Positions 8,394 to 16,904 of a stretch of 32,000 nucleotides of DNA are shown here, piece after piece (within the stretch, counting starts at the first letter, position 1; each line of letters begins with the position of its first letter). The translations under genes were made by a program, and so were the position numbers. The stretch lies in the NCBI RefSeq assembly GCF_000179635.2, contig NC_014833.1, positions 3,090,001 through 3,122,000 of the forward strand, written 5' to 3'. The notes beneath the pieces were generated by a model. That model was not told where the DNA came from and did no database searches. It saw only the letters and a list, made by a program, of their open reading frames with translations. Source of the DNA: Ruminococcus albus 7 = DSM 20455 (GTDB lineage Bacteria; Bacillota; Clostridia; Oscillospirales; Ruminococcaceae).

Positions 8394-9227
8394 TCAATAC
8401 GCCGTATCCTGTTCCGCCCTTGAATAAAGTATGCCGTCTTCCTGCGGCTCAATGCCCTTGGCATGGAAAAGCTCCGACACTGTAACAAGCTCATATCCCT
8501 GAGCCTGCAATTCGGGCACGATGGTCTTCAAAGCTTCTGCCGTGCGTGTGTTTCTTCCGCCGTCATGCAGAAGTATTATCGCGCCGTCCTCAGCCTGTGC
8601 AAGCACGCTTTCGGCTATCTTTTCAGCCGATACACTCTTGTTCCAGTCATTACAGCCCAGACCATTGATGAAGGGCTTGTCTATCGTTTCATACATGGTA
8701 TCGTTCACCGCAATGTACGGCGGACGGAAGAATCTTGGCACAGTACCTGTCAGCTCGGATATCTTTTCATCGGTATAATCCATCTCCGCCTTTATCTCAT
8801 CGGCGGTCATCTTGTTCATATAGGAATGTGTCCGCGAATGGCTGTTTATCTCAAAACCAAGCTCCGCTTCCCTTTTGACGGTATCAGCGGTGCTGTCGTT
8901 TATATTGTCGCCTATCAGGAAAAAGCTCGCCTTAGCGCCGTTTTCCTCAAAAATATCAAGTATCATGTTGGTAGATACACTATCGGGACCATCGTCAAAA
9001 GTCAGTGCAATGACCTTGCCGTACTCCTCGGGTGCTTTAAAACTCGTCACTTTTGGGGTCACTTCCGTTTCCGCAGGTGCTGTGTCCTGCTGTACCTTAC
9101 TTTCAGTGAGTTCACTGCTCTCCTTTTCGGGAGCGCCGCTTTCATTTTTCGCCGAAGCCGCACAAGCTGTCAGCGACATCGCGGCTGCTGTCATCATCAG
9201 CATTGCCGCCGTTCTCAAATTACCCAT
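8394..9227 (-). CDS. Polysaccharide deacetylase (NodB homology domain) lipoprotein
   Basis: Lipobox is SLTAC. NodB motifs are ALTFDDGPD, HSRTHSY and ILLHDG. Confidence 0.85.
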   Translation of the reverse strand: MGNLRTAAMLMMTAAAMSLTACAASAKNESGAPEKESSELTESKVQQDTAPAETEVTPKVTSFKAPEEYGKVIALTFDDGPDSVSTNMILDIFEENGAKASFFLIGDNINDSTADTVKREAELGFEINSHSRTHSYMNKMTADEIKAEMDYTDEKISELTGTVPRFFRPPYIAVNDTMYETIDKPFINGLGCNDWNKSVSAEKIAESVLAQAEDGAIILLHDGGRNTRTAEALKTIVPELQAQGYELVTVSELFHAKGIEPQEDGILYSRAEQDTAY

Positions 9228-9414
9228 AATATCCTCCTTTTACCCTGAATGCACCTCATCTGCATTCACCATTTATTGCTTTTACGACACTTTCTTCTTA
9301 TCATAAGCTACCCAAACCGACACTGCGATGATAACCGCAATGCACGGATAATAAATGTAAATATTACCTCCTTTCGCCGTCTGCGAAATGGTATTTATCA
9401 GCGAGTGGACTATA

Positions 9415-10605
9415 TTACCAGCCCATCACGCGCTTTATTTCAGCGGTAAGTGCTTCTGCCGCCTTGGTATGTGTGACCTCAGTGGGGTGATAATCTGCTA
9501 CAAGTCCGTCCTCGGGCTTCTGGGGCTCAAGGTGGAAAGCGGATATATTAGCATCCCCAGTTTCGGCACTGTAATCCGCAACTGCCTTTTCAACGCAGGG
9601 ATAAAGGTTATCGCCCATTATGCCAAGTGTACAGAGTATCCTTGAATCGGGGTTATCCTTGCGGACGGTCTTTAAGAACTCCACATAATCCGATACATAA
9701 GCCGCCTGCTTTTCCTCATCGGACTTGCAGTAGCTGTCATCGTTGGTGCCGAGATTTATAACTATGAGTTCAGGCTGAAAACGTGAGAAATCCCAATCAA
9801 CGGACTGCGCTTCAACATCGCCCATAGAACCGAAGGAGTAGCCTGTCTTTTCATAGTATAAAGGTATACGCTGATCCTCACGGCGCTTACCGTCACCTGT
9901 CCAGCCCGAATGTATGCCCCAGCCGCTTATGGAGAACATACTGCAGTCAGCATCAAGCGCCTGCGCTGTTTTGTAAGCGTATGCCTTTGTAACGTCCTCG
10001 GTTGAGGTGGAAAACGTATGTGTGGGATCCTCGTCATCCACACCGTAGCCGCAGGTTATGGAATCGCCTATGAATTCCACCTTATGGGCTTTGGGTGCGG
10101 CAGGCTTTATGGAAGCGCCCTCTTCAAGATTTATCGGCAGTATGCCGAAGCATGACATAGCGGTTTCGGAAAGCTTGATTATCTTCACCGTTTTTGTTAC
10201 CTCGGTATCTCCCTGTATGGGGGTATACTTTTTTATGCCCTCGTTCAGCATATCATCCACTACACGCTCACCGTCAACCAGTACAGCTATACGCGAATAG
10301 TTATCTCTCGAACCTGATGACACAGTCTTATCGCCCTCGACGATGATATCCAGAGTTTTGCCCGTGAATTCAAATTCAGCACCAGAACCGCTCAGTCCGC
10401 ACCAGAGAGTTCCTTCATCGTCCAAATAAGTTCTGCCTGTCAGTTTTGCGTTTTCTTCTGTAAGCCTTGTACCCTTCATGCCTTTTTCCTCCTCGACGCT
10501 GCTGTTAGCTGTGCTTTCGTTACCTGCTTTGTCACTTTTGCCGCAGCCTGCAGCAAACATACAAAGCGCCAGTGCACAAAGCAATACCACTTTTTTCTTT
10601 GTCAT
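9415..10605 (-). CDS. SGNH/GDSL hydrolase, CE2-like carbohydrate esterase, probable lipoprotein
   Basis: Signal peptide ends in FAAGC. An N-terminal beta-rich region of about 170 aa precedes the catalytic motifs FIGDSITCGYG (block I Ser), NLGTNDD (block III) and DYHPT (block V His). This architecture matches CE2 acetyl esterases. Confidence 0.78.
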   Translation of the reverse strand: MTKKKVVLLCALALCMFAAGCGKSDKAGNESTANSSVEEEKGMKGTRLTEENAKLTGRTYLDDEGTLWCGLSGSGAEFEFTGKTLDIIVEGDKTVSSGSRDNYSRIAVLVDGERVVDDMLNEGIKKYTPIQGDTEVTKTVKIIKLSETAMSCFGILPINLEEGASIKPAAPKAHKVEFIGDSITCGYGVDDEDPTHTFSTSTEDVTKAYAYKTAQALDADCSMFSISGWGIHSGWTGDGKRREDQRIPLYYEKTGYSFGSMGDVEAQSVDWDFSRFQPELIVINLGTNDDSYCKSDEEKQAAYVSDYVEFLKTVRKDNPDSRILCTLGIMGDNLYPCVEKAVADYSAETGDANISAFHLEPQKPEDGLVADYHPTEVTHTKAAEALTAEIKRVMGW

Positions 10606-10808
10606 AAAACATACTCCTTCATTTACCCTTTAGCAATACCCTGCCCTTACGGGCTTTACTCTACTGCGGTCATCCCATGAAACACCACAGGGATGTCCGT
10701 ATTTTGTATATTATACCATGTCCGGGTCTTTTTTTCAAGTGGTCAGGGGGTATATGCATAAATTTACATCATGTCAATATCATTGTAAAAAGCACCTGCA
10801 CCGTCAAA

Positions 10809-10837
10809 GGACCCGACGGTTTTCACACATCGGGTCC
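10809..10837 (-). terminator. Hairpin downstream of the PaaK-family gene
   Basis: GGACCCGA-13 nt-TCGGGTCC forms an 8 bp stem. On the minus strand it is followed only by TTTG, so it is weak. Confidence 0.4.
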
Positions 10838-10853
10838 TGTACAGCTTTGTATA

Positions 10854-12089
10854 TCAATCGAACCTTTCGTCGATAACGCGGGCGGTCTTTTTCATGCTTC
10901 TGGGAAGAACGCCTATCTCAACTACCTTTACTATAGGTGTGAAGCCTATCTTGCTCTTGACACGTTCTGCTATGTGCTTTGAAAGCTCGGCAAAATCAAC
11001 ATGACCGTTGGTCTCAACGTAGATACGCATGGTATCCTTGCCGTCCAGGTGGGATATACGTATCTGATACTCGCTGGATATCTCATCGAATTCTGCAAGC
11101 ACTTCCTCGATCTGGTTCGGGAATACATTTACGCCCTTGATCTTCATCATATCGTCAGTTCTGCCCCTGATAGTATCTATGCGGGGATACTTTCTGCCGC
11201 AGGGACATTCACCGGGTATGATACGGGAGAGGTCATGTGTTCTGTAACGGATAAGGGGTGCGCCCTCCTTGACGAGGGTGGTTATAACTATCTCGCCCCA
11301 CTCGCCGTCAGGAACATTCTCACCTGTCTTGGGGTCGATTATTTCAAGATAGAGGTAGTCATCCCATATATGCATACCTGTGTTATACTCACAGTTTATG
11401 CCGATACCGGGACCGTATATCTCCGTAAGACCATAGATATCATAAAGTTCGATGCCAAGTTCGTTGGATATGCGCTCACGCATCTTATCAGACCATCTCT
11501 CGGAACCGATAACACCCTTTTTAAGATGTATCTTATCCTTGATGCCCCTCTTCTGAATCTCCTCGGCAAGGAGAAGTGCATAGGAAGAAGTTGAGCAAAG
11601 TACGGTAGTTTCCAGTGCCTGCATCATCTCAAGCTGTTTCTCGGTATTGCCGGGACCCATAGGCACTGCCATAGCGCCCAGTTTTTCGCAGCCGTTCTGG
11701 AAACCGATACCTGCTGTCCACAGACCGTAGCCGGGAGTTATCTGTATCCTGTCCTTATTGGTAATGCCTGCCACCTCATAGCAGCGCTTGAACATTTCGC
11801 CCCAGTCGTCAACGTCCTTGGCGGTATAGGGTATTATTACGGGAGTACCTGTTGTTCCCGATGATGAGTGTATACGTACTATCTCCTCCTCAGGGGCGGT
11901 CATAAGTCCCAGAGGGTAAGCGTCGCGGAGATCCTTTTTCTCTGAGAACGGGAGCTTTGCGAAATCCTCAGGGGTATGTACCTCGGTTATACCTGCTTCT
12001 TCCAGTTTTTTGCCGTAGAAGCTGTTTGATGCTATCAGGGCGCGTATACGGTCATTGACCTGCGCCAGCTGAGTTTCTGTTATCTGCAT
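10854..12089 (-). CDS. Phenylacetate-CoA ligase (PaaK) family adenylate-forming enzyme
   Basis: SSGTTGTPVIIPYTAKDVDDW is the AMP-binding P-loop in PaaK context. YGLTE and IKGVNVFP are also present. The 411 aa size fits. SD GGAGGA is present. Confidence 0.85.
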   Translation of the reverse strand: MQITETQLAQVNDRIRALIASNSFYGKKLEEAGITEVHTPEDFAKLPFSEKKDLRDAYPLGLMTAPEEEIVRIHSSSGTTGTPVIIPYTAKDVDDWGEMFKRCYEVAGITNKDRIQITPGYGLWTAGIGFQNGCEKLGAMAVPMGPGNTEKQLEMMQALETTVLCSTSSYALLLAEEIQKRGIKDKIHLKKGVIGSERWSDKMRERISNELGIELYDIYGLTEIYGPGIGINCEYNTGMHIWDDYLYLEIIDPKTGENVPDGEWGEIVITTLVKEGAPLIRYRTHDLSRIIPGECPCGRKYPRIDTIRGRTDDMMKIKGVNVFPNQIEEVLAEFDEISSEYQIRISHLDGKDTMRIYVETNGHVDFAELSKHIAERVKSKIGFTPIVKVVEIGVLPRSMKKTARVIDERFD

Positions 12090-12489
12090 TTTAATTCCTC
12101 CTTATGGAAGTTTTTTCAACTTTATAATTATAACACATATAATCGCAAAAGTAAAGATACCGTTATGTTTTTTTCTTTTATGATAAGCTTATTGCCAAGC
12201 GTGGACGTCTTTATTATGAGCCGCGTATAATGCCGCATATATCCCACGTCATTATACGATTCATGAGGTATGATCTCAAGACACTGCTCCATATAGTCTT
12301 ATAGATCGGAGATATTATTATTCTATTGTCAAGCTGCAGATGACCTCTGTACAGTATAACACGTCGCTTCATATCCCCGTAGTCATAGTCAGCGTCAGCC
12401 TGCCATCGTGCGTACAAAGATCTATATATGTAAACGGCATTTTGGATGCCGGGATCTTTATGCCCTTCTATATACAGCGAAAAACCTCA

Positions 12490-12517
12490 AAAAGTTGTAC
12501 GTTTTTGTACAACTTTT
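12490..12517. repeat. Perfect 11 bp palindromic hairpin (bidirectional terminator-like)
   Basis: AAAAGTTGTAC-gttttt-GTACAACTTTT. Confidence 0.6.
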
Positions 12518-12624
12518 GCAGAAATATGTCCGAGTTAAATTTAAAATCATTTGTTTGTACATATGCCACGCATACGTTTTGTATGGTATGTACGACATAT
12601 CGAAGTCTGTTTATGAACAAAAAT

Positions 12625-12759
12625 ACAGCCGCACCACAAGGCGGGTACCCATAGAGAATATTTATGGTAACTACTGGAGGAAACCCTTTTTCAAAAGGGT
12701 TTCCCTCAATAATTTTCATAAACGTTCTGTATATGTACCCGCCTTATGGGTGCGGCTGT
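12625..12759. repeat. Nested inverted repeat, about 135 nt, immediately downstream of holB
   Basis: Outer arms are ACAGCCGCACCACAAGGCGGGTAC (12625..12648) and GTACCCGCCTTATGGGTGCGGCTGT (12735..12759). They enclose an inner hairpin GAGGAAACCCTTTT-tc-AAAAGGGTTTCCCTC (12677..12707). On the minus strand the outer stem is followed by ATTTTTG. Confidence 0.65.
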
Positions 12760-12783
12760 TCGTTTTATACTATATTATAACAG

Positions 12784-13758
12784 TCATGAAAAAAGCTCCG
12801 CGCACAAACTGTTGCAGACAAGTGACAAACTGCAGTTGGCATCTATCCTGCGGACTGCACCCGTGAGTATATCATAAAGTTCGGCACCTGCGGAAAGTGT
12901 GAGCTTTCGGGAGAGTGCTTCGGCTGAATGAGTATCACAGCCTATGACTTCGCCATTTGTAAGTATCGCGCAGGAATCGCGGACTATCTCGGAGAAAAGA
13001 TATACACCCTCACGCAATAAAGCTTTTTTGCCGTCTGCGGCAGCAAGTGCTTTAAGTACACCGTACTCACTGCCCTCACAGAATGCGGCGGCTATACCCT
13101 TTGCAAGCGCTACGGAATCATAGTACTGTTCTTTTTCCAAATAAGCGCGGCATCGCCCGATATTGCCTTTGCCTGCTTCCAGTGCTTCGCGTATCTCGGT
13201 GATATCGCGGTCGGGGTAATTCTCCTGCAGATACTCCCCGCTTTCCTGCATGGTCACAGGGGCGGCGGCAAGGCTGACGCATCGTGAGATTATGGTGTAA
13301 AGAAAAGTTTCCCTGCTGCGTGCTGTGAGTATCAGCGCAGTATGGTCGGGTGGTTCTTCTATCAGTTTCAGCAGGATATTCTGGACCTGAACGGTGGTCT
13401 GTACAGAAAGGTCAAGGTCTGGGATGACATAGACCTTGATATCTCCCTCATTCGGGGCAACGGGTGCATCTGCCACTATGGTATCGCGGATATCCTCAAC
13501 ATAGTAGTTGCCCTTATCGTTGTGCTGTGCAAATATAAGGTCGGGATGAGCACCCCTGTCTATAAGCTGGCAGCTGCGGCATTTTCCGCAGGGTGTGCCG
13601 CTATGCTCCTCACACATAAGCTGCGCTGCGATATACTTCGCTATCGCCTTTTTGCCCAAGCCCTTCTCGCCGTGTATTATTATCGAGTGAGGCTCACGCC
13701 CTGCGCTGACCATACGTGCCGTCTGTTTAAGCAGGGTCTGATTGCCGTATATCTTCAT
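12784..13758 (-). CDS. holB: DNA polymerase III subunit delta prime
   Basis: HSIIIHGEKGLGKKAIA is the AAA+ P-loop. CGKCRSCQLIDRGAHPD is the zinc module. LLKLIEEPP is also present. Confidence 0.9.
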   Translation of the reverse strand: MKIYGNQTLLKQTARMVSAGREPHSIIIHGEKGLGKKAIAKYIAAQLMCEEHSGTPCGKCRSCQLIDRGAHPDLIFAQHNDKGNYYVEDIRDTIVADAPVAPNEGDIKVYVIPDLDLSVQTTVQVQNILLKLIEEPPDHTALILTARSRETFLYTIISRCVSLAAAPVTMQESGEYLQENYPDRDITEIREALEAGKGNIGRCRAYLEKEQYYDSVALAKGIAAAFCEGSEYGVLKALAAADGKKALLREGVYLFSEIVRDSCAILTNGEVIGCDTHSAEALSRKLTLSAGAELYDILTGAVRRIDANCSLSLVCNSLCAELFS

Positions 13759-13761
13759 CTG

Positions 13762-14085
13762 TTATACCTGTTCAAAGCGTTCGATATCGGTGACGAATAT
13801 AGTCGCACCGCCTATAGCTACTTCCACAGGAACTGAGCGCTCACCGTTAGGTTCGGTGACTGCCGACGAAGGAACGAACTGCTTACGCTTGCGTGAATGC
13901 TCTTTCAGCACCTCTATGACCTTATCTACCTGAACATCTTCACAGCATATCATAAAGGTAGTATTGCCTGCCATAAGAAATCCGCCTGTGGAGGAAAGCT
14001 TTGTGGCACGTATACCCACCTTTTGCAGACCTTTGTTGACAGCATAGGTGTCATCGTTATTTACTATCGCATATACAAGTTTCAT
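13762..14085 (-). CDS. darA: PII-like cyclic-di-AMP receptor DarA (YaaQ/PstA family)
   Basis: The protein aligns end to end by eye with B. subtilis YaaQ, for example TKLSSTGGFLMAGNTTFMI and VEVAIGGATIFV. It lies 3 nt upstream of holB. Confidence 0.85.
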   Translation of the reverse strand: MKLVYAIVNNDDTYAVNKGLQKVGIRATKLSSTGGFLMAGNTTFMICCEDVQVDKVIEVLKEHSRKRKQFVPSSAVTEPNGERSVPVEVAIGGATIFVTDIERFEQV

Positions 14086-14180
14086 CGGAGTACCTCCTAA
14101 TTTTTCCGCCGAATCTTCAGGCGGATGTTATACTATTATACTATATTATAGCATTTTAAGCATCAAATGTAAAGACCGTT

Positions 14181-15527
14181 TCACTTCAAAACGCTTACCG
14201 TATTGATACCGTATCTTTTGAGGATAGATATTATATCGGGCGTTATCTCCTCACCGCTTACAGCGATGGGCACTGAGGGCTGACAGCTTGTTACTGTCAT
14301 GCCGCATATCCTGCCTGCAGCTTCATCTACAGGCACTTCCTGCTGAAGCGAGAATGCCGCTTTGCGTATGGGCATACGCACTATCGCCTCGGGTATGCCG
14401 TCAAAGGAAAGTGCTGTTCCCTCCGACAGGGGTATATCAGCCATGGCAAATTCAAGCCTTGCGTAGTCTTCTTCGGTATTGAATGGGGTGGTCATGAGCA
14501 CTATGAGGTCGGGGTCGGTGTACTCGGGCTCGATGTTTTTCATACGAAGCATATCCCCCAGTGCGTCACCGCTTATGCCGCGTTCTGCTGAGGCTATGGT
14601 GATCTTGCATTTTTCATCTCCGATGGTGCGCCAGCCCATATCGTTAAGACGGCGCTTGCAAAGTTCGGTACGGGCGGCTGTTTCTGCAAGGGCTGTGCGA
14701 TAATCCCCTGCAAGATATTCAGCACAGAGGTCAAGACTTTCCATTATGAGGTACGAGGGACTTGTGGAAGCAAAAAGGGACATCATAAGTTTGGAACATT
14801 CCACAAAGCCTGCAGGTGCGTTTTGTGAGATATGAAGCATGGCTCCCCCTGTGTAGCATGGCAGGGTCTTGTGTGCAGAATCACAGCACATATCTGCACC
14901 GAGAGTTATCGGGTGAGTGTCCGCATCAAGGAATTTAAGGTAAGCGCCGTGGGCATTATCGACTATAAGGGGGACTCTGTAACTTCTGCAAATCTCGGCT
15001 ATGGCAGGGATATCCGCGATGAACCCAAGATAATCGGGAGATGTGATATACACCGCATCTATTTTGCGCGGACATCTGCGAAAAGAAGCCCATATATCAT
15101 GGGCGGTCACTCCCGATGAACACAGTGAGCGGCTTTTCTCGGCGGGATATACCCATTCAACGTCGATATCAAGCAGTATGCAGGCATTGATGAATGCCTT
15201 GTGGACGTTTCGCGGCGCCATTACAAGCATACGCTCAGACTTGTCCTTGCGGCAGTGGTCAGCTATGGCGAGCATAGTCTTTATGCAAAGGCTTGACCCT
15301 TCGGTGGAATAGAGTGTCTTAGCTGTGCCGTAAAGTGCGGCGGTGCGTGCTTCGCTTTCAGCGATTATGCCCTCGGAACCGAAAAGATAATCAGCGCCGC
15401 GTATCTCGGTGAGGTCAAGTGGTTCAAGTCCGTGGAAAGGCTTGCCCTTATGACCGGGCATATGAAAGCGTGAAACGCCGCTTTCTGCGTATTTTTTTGC
15501 AAATTCGTATATGGGTGCAGACATGGC
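14181..15527 (-). CDS. Orn/Lys/Arg decarboxylase-family PLP enzyme (YaaO-like)
   Basis: RFHMPGHKG and DSAHKTLP (PLP lysine) are present. Track ORF is 14181..15611. I prefer the ATG at 15527 (MSAPIYEFAKKY), which has AAAGGAC 6 nt upstream. Synteny with darA-holB matches B. subtilis. Confidence 0.83.
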   Translation of the reverse strand, partial: AMSAPIYEFAKKYAESGVSRFHMPGHKGKPFHGLEPLDLTEIRGADYLFGSEGIIAESEARTAALYGTAKTLYSTEGSSLCIKTMLAIADHCRKDKSERMLVMAPRNVHKAFINACILLDIDVEWVYPAEKSRSLCSSGVTAHDIWASFRRCPRKIDAVYITSPDYLGFIADIPAIAEICRSYRVPLIVDNAHGAYLKFLDADTHPITLGADMCCDSAHKTLPCYTGGAMLHISQNAPAGFVECSKLMMSLFASTSPSYLIMESLDLCAEYLAGDYRTALAETAARTELCKRRLNDMGWRTIGDEKCKITIASAERGISGDALGDMLRMKNIEPEYTDPDLIVLMTTPFNTEEDYARLEFAMADIPLSEGTALSFDGIPEAIVRMPIRKAAFSLQQEVPVDEAAGRICGMTVTSCQPSVPIAVSGEEITPDIISILKRYGINTVSVLK

Positions 15528-15870
15528 TTTGTCCTTTCTGAAAAATAGTCGGTAGTGTCGGTTGCGTGAGAAGGTGATCTTTAGCAGATGTAACAATGGA
15601 AATATTTCCATGAAATTGCAGAGTGCTTCCGATCCCTTTACGGGCTGATAGGTGCAAAATTGATCTATTGCTTTGATGCACCATAAGTTCCCCCGTCCGT
15701 AAAATATACCTTATATAAAGGGACGTTCAAAAAAGTGTACACCCTGCCTGACCCAAAAACAGTACCGTCACAAGAGGGTGACCGCAATTTCGGATAGGCA
15801 GATATCAATAGTGGCACAAAAAACGGACAAGCAAACAGGCATCCCGAAATGCGGGTAATTTTACAGACAG

Positions 15871-16278
15871 TCATTTTTTGGAAAAAAGCCGGCTCATGGC
15901 AGACCTGCCTGCACTGCCGACTATGCGCTGCCTGCCGCGAGTGATCGTCCTTGATACGGTAGACTTGTCAATGCCGAATTTTTCGGCTATCTCACTGACA
16001 GTGAGCTTATCCCTGTAGTATAATATTATATAACATTTTTGCTTTTTCGTCAAATTGTTTTCAAGCAGAGCGTACAGTGCTTTCTGATACCTGCGACGGT
16101 CATCGGAGGGGGTATTTTCTTTATCACGGAACATTTCCTCCTCAAAGCTTACACCCTCCGACAGGTACTCAGCACCGGTATCATACGAGAGTCTTTTTTT
16201 GGTCAAGATAGCTGAAACCTCCTGTTTTTTCTCTGAAAGAGAATTGTAACCAAAATGTAAATTTTCAAATCCAAACAT
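15871..16278 (-). CDS. Small HTH protein containing only a sigma-70 region-4-like domain
   Basis: LTKKQKCYIILYYRDKLTVSEIAEKFGIDKSTVSRTITRGRQRI resembles region 4 or UPF0122/YlxM-like proteins. No region 2 is present. There is no SD, and the predicted promoter lies almost on top of the ATG. Confidence 0.6.
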   Translation of the reverse strand: MFGFENLHFGYNSLSEKKQEVSAILTKKRLSYDTGAEYLSEGVSFEEEMFRDKENTPSDDRRRYQKALYALLENNLTKKQKCYIILYYRDKLTVSEIAEKFGIDKSTVSRTITRGRQRIVGSAGRSAMSRLFSKK

Positions 16279-16292
16279 TTGTTCTTATTTTT

Positions 16293-16321
16293 AGTATACC
16301 ATATATTGTGGTCAAAGTCAA
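16293..16321 (-). promoter_or_regulatory. Sigma-A type promoter of the region-4-only HTH gene (near-leaderless)
   Basis: Minus strand reads TTGACT-17 nt-TATACT with TG at the extended -10 position. Only 14 nt separate the -10 from the ATG at 16278. Confidence 0.5.
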
Positions 16322-16392
16322 TAGTGAACGCAATTTTAAAAAATTTTGGGCAAATTGAGTGAAAAATATCGGACTGTTTGTGCAATTTGTGC

Positions 16393-16421
16393 TTGATTTT
16401 TGTCGAAAGGTATGCTATAAT
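16393..16421 (+). promoter_or_regulatory. Sigma-A type promoter of the DUF896-WYL operon
   Basis: TTGATT-17 nt-TATAAT with TGc as an extended -10. The predicted TSS near 16428 gives a leader of about 250 nt. Confidence 0.5.
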
Positions 16422-16526
16422 AGGTCTTGCAATAACGGTTCGGGGAATTTTATCGGACATATCAAAACCAAAAGACATAAATAAATCGGAAACAGATGTG
16501 TGATATTATGATCCGGGCAGTGAATG

Positions 16527-16581
16527 CTCCGTGAGGGTACTGTGTAAGCCCACGCGGAGGTCGGGTATTGTGTAAGCCCGA
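16527..16581 (+). promoter_or_regulatory. Two tandem hairpins built from a 17-nt direct repeat in the DUF896-WYL leader
   Basis: GGGTACTGTGTAAGCCC (16535..16551) and GGGTATTGTGTAAGCCC (16563..16579) match at 16 of 17 positions. Each is GGG-11 nt loop-CCC. The stems are extended by CTCCG/CGGAG for the first and TC/GA for the second. Confidence 0.4.
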
Positions 16582-16681
16582 ATGCACCTATCATAATGGG
16601 TCGCTTGCGCTCAGTTTGGTTACAAAGAGATTACAAAAGTTACAGACGAGTCACAGCGGCAAAGGAGCAGTGTAAAGATCT

Positions 16682-16903
16682 ATGGAGAAAAAAAAGCTTG
16701 ACAGAATATCTGAGCTGACAGCAATTTCCAGACAGAGGGAGCTGACCGACGAGGAGAAGTCCGAGCGTGAGGCACTGAGGATGGAATACAGGCGAAGTGT
16801 AACGGCGAATTTCACCGATACTCTGGAGCATACCGTGATAAAGGAGCCCGACGGTTCCATGGTCAAGGTTAAGGATATGAAGCGGAGCGGGGAGGATAAA
16901 TAA
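16682..16903 (+). CDS. DUF896 (UPF0291, YnzC-like) small protein
   Basis: MEKKKLDRISELTAISRQRELTDEEKSEREALRMEYRRSV matches the helical DUF896 pattern. The 73 aa size fits. Confidence 0.78.
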   Translation: MEKKKLDRISELTAISRQRELTDEEKSEREALRMEYRRSVTANFTDTLEHTVIKEPDGSMVKVKDMKRSGEDK

Positions 16904-16904
16904 A

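Noticed and set aside
7722-9306. Long + strand ORFs 7722..8423 (233 aa), 8463..9248 (261 aa) and 8875..9306
   Set aside because: They are antisense shadows of rimM and the NodB deacetylase, with no motifs and biased composition.
9282-9375. SD-like AAAGGAGG (minus strand, about 9367..9374) followed by a hydrophobic frame of about 25 codons (..YYPCIAVIIAVSVWVAYDKKKVS)
   Set aside because: No ATG, GTG or TTG is in frame at a usable distance; only ATT codons are available. It is too weak to call as a small protein without expression data.
12214-12866. Track ORFs in the holB-PaaK gap (12214..12417 -, 12340..12654 +, 12408..12866 +, 12468..12719 -)
   Set aside because: They overlap each other on both strands, have no SD and no recognisable motifs, and run through hairpins and into holB antisense.
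15612-15870. Possible c-di-AMP (ydaO-type) riboswitch upstream of the yaaO-darA-holB operon, suggested by ACGGACGGGGGAAC
   Set aside because: Only one short G-rich string resembles the motif. The paired pseudo-symmetric helices and the ACGGGG/CCCGAAUCC-type elements are not present. The track ORFs there (15448..15684, 15665..15874) also look spurious.
16598-16660. tRNA-like D-arm string GCTCAGTTTGGTTA
   Set aside because: No complementary D-stem, acceptor stem or T-arm (GTTCGAATC-like) can be drawn around it, so it is not a tRNA.
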